Source: Eledone cirrhosa (taxonomy: Eukaryota). Taken from it: DNA of 64,000 nt. The stretch is taken from assembly GCA_964016885.1 (NCBI GenBank), contig OZ024740.1, positions 432,450,001-432,514,000 of the forward strand, in the 5' to 3' direction. Under the pieces are notes generated by a model. The model was not told where the DNA came from and made no database searches. It saw only the letters and a list, made by a program, of their open reading frames with translations. Shown here piece by piece: positions 57,947-64,000 of this stretch. Each line of letters begins with the position of its first letter. Position 1 is the first letter of the stretch. Both the position numbers and the translations under genes were made by a program.

Positions 57947-58678
57947 AGCTTGCATGCTCCGCTGGATGTGTAACAGTAATATACGTGAACGGCAAAGCAT
58001 AAACGAACTAAGGAATAAATTAGAGATAAGAGGGATCAGATGTTGTTTACTCGAGAGAAGGCTACGTTGGTATGGACACGTGATGCGCATGAAAGTCGAT
58101 AGCTGTATAACAAAGTGCAGGGCAATAAAGATAGACGGTAGTCACGGAATAGGCAGACCTAGAAAAACCTGGGACGAGCTGATAAACTCCGACATCACAC
58201 ACTTACACCTCTCCAAGACAATGTCACTGGACCGAGACCTTTGGCGGTACTCAGTAACAGAGAAGACCCGCCTTACCTAAATATATAGTAAAACCTACTC
58301 CAGCCAGTAGGCATCTCTAACAAATACACCCCGTCCCACCACCCCCACCCGATCCACACCACCCCGTTCTATGTAAAGTTATGTTGGTGCCGCGCCATCG
58401 AGGCCGAAACAAATGAGATCGTGTAGGTGTCACGACAAAAAAACACACAGTCCACGCTGTAATGTGGCCGTGTAGGCAACACGGTAAAAACCTCCCAGAC
58501 CCACACTGTAAATGTGGTTGGTGTTAGGAAGGGCATCCAACTGTAGAAAACCTGCCAGACAGTCCTATGCGAGCAAGACAATCACTCTTGCCTCAAGTGG
58601 GACTACCCCCGTCCAAACCCATGCAAGCGTGGAACACGGACGTTAAACGCTGATGATGATGATGATGATGATGATGAT
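57947..58678 (+). mobile_element. RTE 3' fragment, near-identical inverted match of about 39099-39830
   Basis: Shares the diagnostic variants MKVDS, NSDIT, LRNKL and GCGCCATCGAGG. Confidence 0.96.
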
Positions 58679-58706
58679 ATATGTATGTATGTATGTATGT
58701 ATATAT

Positions 58707-59308
58707 GTCAGGTCACCAGTTGGTGCTACTGGTAACATGTATCCCAGTACAACCTGTCTCATGGTCGGGTCGTTGGCGACTAAACTGGCAACCCCACCAA
58801 GGTTTCTTGGTGAGGAGGGTGACTTTGGACATCCTGCAGGACTAAAAACAAAACCTGGGCAAGGGAGCTCTTAAGAGTCAATAGCCATCCAAAATCACCG
58901 GGAGAGATGACTCCTTAGCCTTTGTCAAGGCAGAATTCTAGGAGAAGGAAAACTCTGATATAACACCTGCAACCCTGATGGTATCCAATGATGTTGACTT
59001 GTTCTTCTTTTTGGTAAATATCATCTTGGTTAAGAGAGTGGGACTGGCTTTGTGCAGTGCCTTTGCTCACTATAAAAGCTTCACAGCACAGGCATTGCTT
59101 TATATCTGGAGATCTCTCTGCACTTGTCGTCACATGGTACCATGGGCCCTGCACTATGTGTCAATAATGGTCACAAGTGTAGTCCTTGTACCAGAGTTTT
59201 CAAGTCGCTGGCTAGACTAAAAAGTCACATTCGTTCAGCGCATCGGTAGGGGTTCTCCTACATGGATATAAAGTAGTGGCCGTACTCGAAAACGAGTTGG
59301 CAGCCACC
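58707..59308 (+). mobile_element. Non-autonomous bipartite element, copy 4
   Basis: Same family. Confidence 0.85.
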
Positions 59309-59331
59309 ATGTATATATATATGTACGTATG

Positions 59332-59374
<43 letters not shown>

Positions 59375-59420
59375 ATATGTATGTATGTATATATATATGT
59401 ATGTATGTATATATATATGT

Positions 59421-60880
59421 GTTAGAATTAACAACGAATACAGTGAAGAGTTTAGCGTAAAAGTTGGCGTCCATCAGGGCTCTGTTCTCAGCCCCCTACT
59501 ATTTATTATTGCCCTTCAGGCTATAACAGAGGAGTTCAAGACAGGCTGCCCATGGGAACTCCTATACGCAGACGACCTGACACTCATAGCGGAATCAATG
59601 GCCGAGCTAGAGAAGAAATTCCAAACATGGAAGCACGGCCTAGAGTCAAAAGGACTTAAAATTAACCTGGCTAAGACCAAAGTTCTAGTTTGTAGGAAAG
59701 AAAACAAGGCGGCGGTCCCTTCTGGGAAATGGTCGTGCTCGGTGTGTAGGAAAGGCGTAGGTAGAAACTCCATTTTATGTCCTAAATGCAAAGTATGCGT
59801 GCATAAAAGATGTAGTGGGATCACAGGTAAGCTAACTAAGAACATAGATTTTACATGTGGCCGGTGTTCTGGTGCAATAAGTAGCAGCAAGTGCCCACAA
59901 AATACTAGCTCTTTCAATTGCGCAGAGGGTTCTATAGAAATAGTGGACAGCTTCCGTTACCTGGGCGATAAAATCAGCAGTGGGGGAGGGTGCTCTGAAA
60001 GTACTGTAGCTAGAGTCAGAACTGGTTGGAAAAAGTTCAGAGAGCTTATACCACTATTAGCTGCTAAAGGGTTCTCCCTAAAAATGAAAGGCAGGTTGTA
60101 CGATGCCTGCATACGAACAGCAATGTTGCATGGCAGTGAGACCTGGGCATTGTGTGCAGAGGATATACGCAGACTAGAGAGGAACGAAGCTTGCATGCTC
60201 CGCTGGATGTGTAACAGTAATATACGTGAACGGCAAAGCATAAACGAACTAAGGAAAAAATTAGAGATAAGAGGGATCAGATGTTGTTTACTCGAGAGAA
60301 GGCTACGTTGGTATGGACACGTGATGCGCATGAAAGTCGATAGCTGTATAACAAAGTGCAGGGCAATAAAGATAGATGGTAGCCACGGAATAGGCAGGCC
60401 TAGAAAAACCTGGGACGAGCTGATAAACTCCGACCTCACACACTTACACCTCTCCAAGACAATGTCACTGGACCGAGACCTTTGGCGGTACTCAGTAACA
60501 GAGAAGACCCGCCTTGCCAGTAGGCATCTCTAACAAAATACACCCCGTCCCGCCACCACCCCCACCCCATCCACACCACCCCGTTCTATGTAAAGTTATG
60601 TTGGTGCCGCGCCATCCAGGCCGAAACAAATGAGATCGTGTAGGTGTCACGACAAAAAAACACACAGTCCACGCTGTAATGTGGCCGTGTAGGCAACACG
60701 GTAAAAACCTCCCAGACCCACACTGTAAATGTGGTTGGTGTTAGGAAGGGCATCCAACTGTAGAAAACCTGCCAGACAGTCCTATGCGAGCAAGACAATC
60801 ACTCTTGCCTCAAGTGGGACTACCCCCGTCCAAACCCATGCAAGCGTGGAACACGGACGTTAAACGTTGATGATGATGAT
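59421..60880 (+). mobile_element. 5'-truncated RTE-PHD LINE with a small deletion across the stop codon
   Basis: ORF within 59385-60533; 3'UTR; (TGA)n tail. Confidence 0.96.
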
Positions 60881-61231
60881 GTATATATATATGTATGTAT
60901 GTATATATGTATGTATGTATGTATGTATATATATATATGTATGTATGTATATATATATATATGTATGTATGTATATATATATATGTATGTATGTATATAT
61001 ATATATGTATGTATGTATATATATATGTATGTATGTATATATATATATGTATGTATATATATATATGTATGTATATATATATGTATGTATGTATATATAT
61101 ATATGTATGTATATATATATATGTATGTATATATATATATGTATGTATATATATATATATATGTATGTATGTATGTATGTATATATATGTATGTATGTAT
61201 ATATATATATGTATGTATGTATGTATGTATA

Positions 61232-61264
<33 letters not shown>

Positions 61265-61801
61265 ATATATATGTATGTATGTATATATATATGTATGTAT
61301 GTATATATATATGTATGTATGTATATATATATGTATGTATGTATATATATATGTATGTATGTATATATATATGTATGTATGTATATATATATGTATGTAT
61401 GTATATATATATGTATGTATGTATATATATATGTATGTATATATATATGTATGTATGTATATATATATGTATGTATGTATATATATATGTATGTATGTAT
61501 ATATATATGTATGTATATATATATGTATGTATGTATATATATATGTATGTATGTATGTATATATGTATGTATGTATGTATATATGTATGTATGTATGTAT
61601 ATATATATGTATGTATGTATGTATACATGTATGTATGTATGTATATATGTATGTATATATATATGTCCCTTGAAAACTTGAAACCGCAACTGAGTGCTGA
61701 CCCATGCAGTCACTAATACTCTTTTGTTCCTAATTGAACCATTTTTCAACTGTGAACGGTTTGTCAGCATTTTCTGTTCCGTTTACCAATATATATATAT
61801 G

Positions 61802-61834
<33 letters not shown>

Positions 61835-61989
61835 GTATATATATGTGTGTATATATATATGTATATGTGTGTATATGTGTGTATGTATATATATATGTAT
61901 ATGTATGTATATATGTATATATATATATGTATATATATATGTATATATATGTGTATGTATATGTATGTGTATGTATATATGTATATATG

Positions 61990-62020
<31 letters not shown>

Positions 62021-62377
62021 GTATGTATATATATGTGTATATATATGTGTATGTATGTATATATATGTATATGTATATGTATATGTGTGTATATGTATAT
62101 ATATGTATATATGTATATATGTATATGTGTATGTGTGTATATGTATGTATATGTATATATGTGTGTGTATATATATATGTATATATGTGTATATGTATAT
62201 ATATATGTATGTATATGTATATATATATATATGTATATATATATGTATATATGTGTATATATATATGTATATGTGTGTATGTATATATATGTATGTGTAT
62301 GTATATGTATATGTATGTGTGTATGTGTATGTATATATGTATGTATATGTATATATGTGTATATGTGTGTATATATG

Positions 62378-62408
<31 letters not shown>

Positions 62409-62582
62409 GTGTATGTATATGTGTATATATATGTATATGTGTATGTATATGTATATATGTATATGTGTATGTGTATATATATGTATATATATGTGTATAT
62501 ATATATATATGTATGTATATGTGTATATATATGTATATGTATGTGTATATGTGTGTATATATATATGTATGTATATATATAT

Positions 62583-63140
62583 GTCTCATGGTCGGGTCGT
62601 TGGCGACTAAACTGGCAACCCCACCAAGGTTTCTTGGTGAGGAGGGTGACTTTGGACATCCTGCAGGACTAAAAACAAGACCTGTCAAAGGGCAAAGGAG
62701 CTCTTAAGAGTCAATGGCCATCCAAAATCACAGGGAGAGATGACCCCTTAGCCTTTGTCAAGGCAGAATTCTAGGAGAAGGAAAACTCTGATATAACACC
62801 TGCAACCCTGATGGTATCCAATGATGTTGACTTGTTCTTCTTTTTGGTAAATATCATCTTGGTTAAGAGAGTGGGACTGGCTTTGTGCAGTGCCTTTGCT
62901 CACTATAAAAGCTTCACGGCACAGGCATTGCTTTATATCTGGAGATATCTCTGCACTTGTCATCACATGTACCATGGGCCCAGCACTATATGTCAATAAT
63001 GGTCACAAGTGGGGTATTTGTGCCAGAGTTTTCAAGTCGCTGGCTGGACTAGAAACTCACACTCGTTCAGCGCATCGGTAGGGGTTCTCCTACATGGATA
63101 TAAAGTAGTGGCCGTACTCGAAAACGAGTTGGCAGCCACC
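62583..63140 (+). mobile_element. Non-autonomous bipartite element, copy 5
   Basis: Same family, somewhat more diverged. Confidence 0.85.
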
Positions 63141-63179
63141 ATATATATATGTATGTATTTATATATATATGAATGTATG

Positions 63180-63213
<34 letters not shown>

Positions 63214-64000
63214 TGTATGTATGTATGTATGTATGTATGTATGTATGTATGTATGTATGTATGTATGTATGTATGTATGTATGTATATATGTATGTATGT
63301 ATATATATATGTATGTATGTATATATATATGTATGTATGTATGTATATATATATGTATGTATGTATATATATATATGTATGTATGTATATATATATATGT
63401 ATGTATGTATATATATATATGTATGTATGTATATATATATATGTGTGTATGTATGTATATATATGTATGTATGTATATATATATATGTATGTATATATAT
63501 ATATGTATGTATATATATATATGTATGTATATATATATATGTATGTATATATATATATATGTATGTATATATATATATATGTATGTATATATATATATAT
63601 GTATGTATATATATATATATGTATGTATATATATATATATGTATGTATATATATATATATGTATGTATATATATATATATGTATGTATATATATATATAT
63701 GTATGTATATATATATATATATGTATGTATATATATATATATATGTATGTATGTATATATATATATGTATGTATGTATATATATATATATATGTATGTAT
63801 GTATATATATATATGTATGTATGTATGTATGTATATATATATGTATGTATGTATATATATATGTATGTATGTATATATGTATGTATGTATGTATATATAT
63901 ATGTATGTATGTATATATATATGTATGTATGTATATATATATGTATGTATATATATATGTATGTATGTATATATATATGTATGTATATATATATGTATGT

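Overview
This is eukaryotic (animal) genomic DNA. The repeat families and the very large TA/TATG microsatellite load suggest an octopus-like coleoid cephalopod (inference). Only one host gene is convincing: the first coding exon of TRAPPC8 (25364-25520, +), preceded by a housekeeping-type promoter. No second exon was seen, so 25521-64000 is probably all intron 1. Upstream (1-24 kb) lie a 49-bp satellite that resembles an RTE 3' end, two L1/Tx1-clade LINEs, TTAA-flanked piggyBac-like MITEs with a MITE-derived 73-bp satellite, SINEs and old LINE fragments. From about 26.4 kb the sequence is a strand-polarised (TA)n/(TATG)n field holding about 20 young retroelement pieces: an RTE family with a PHD finger inside the RT region, an R4/Dong RLE family, a CR1-group LINE and five copies of a short non-autonomous bipartite RTE derivative. 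The top observation is the RTE copy at 35580-36373. It carries about 18 clustered sense-strand A>G changes that spare every A preceded by G, which looks like ADAR (A-to-I) hyper-editing fixed in the genome by retrotransposition. The long YI/CI/MY/HT ORFs and the satellite ORFs are translation artefacts. All alignments and counts were done by eye.
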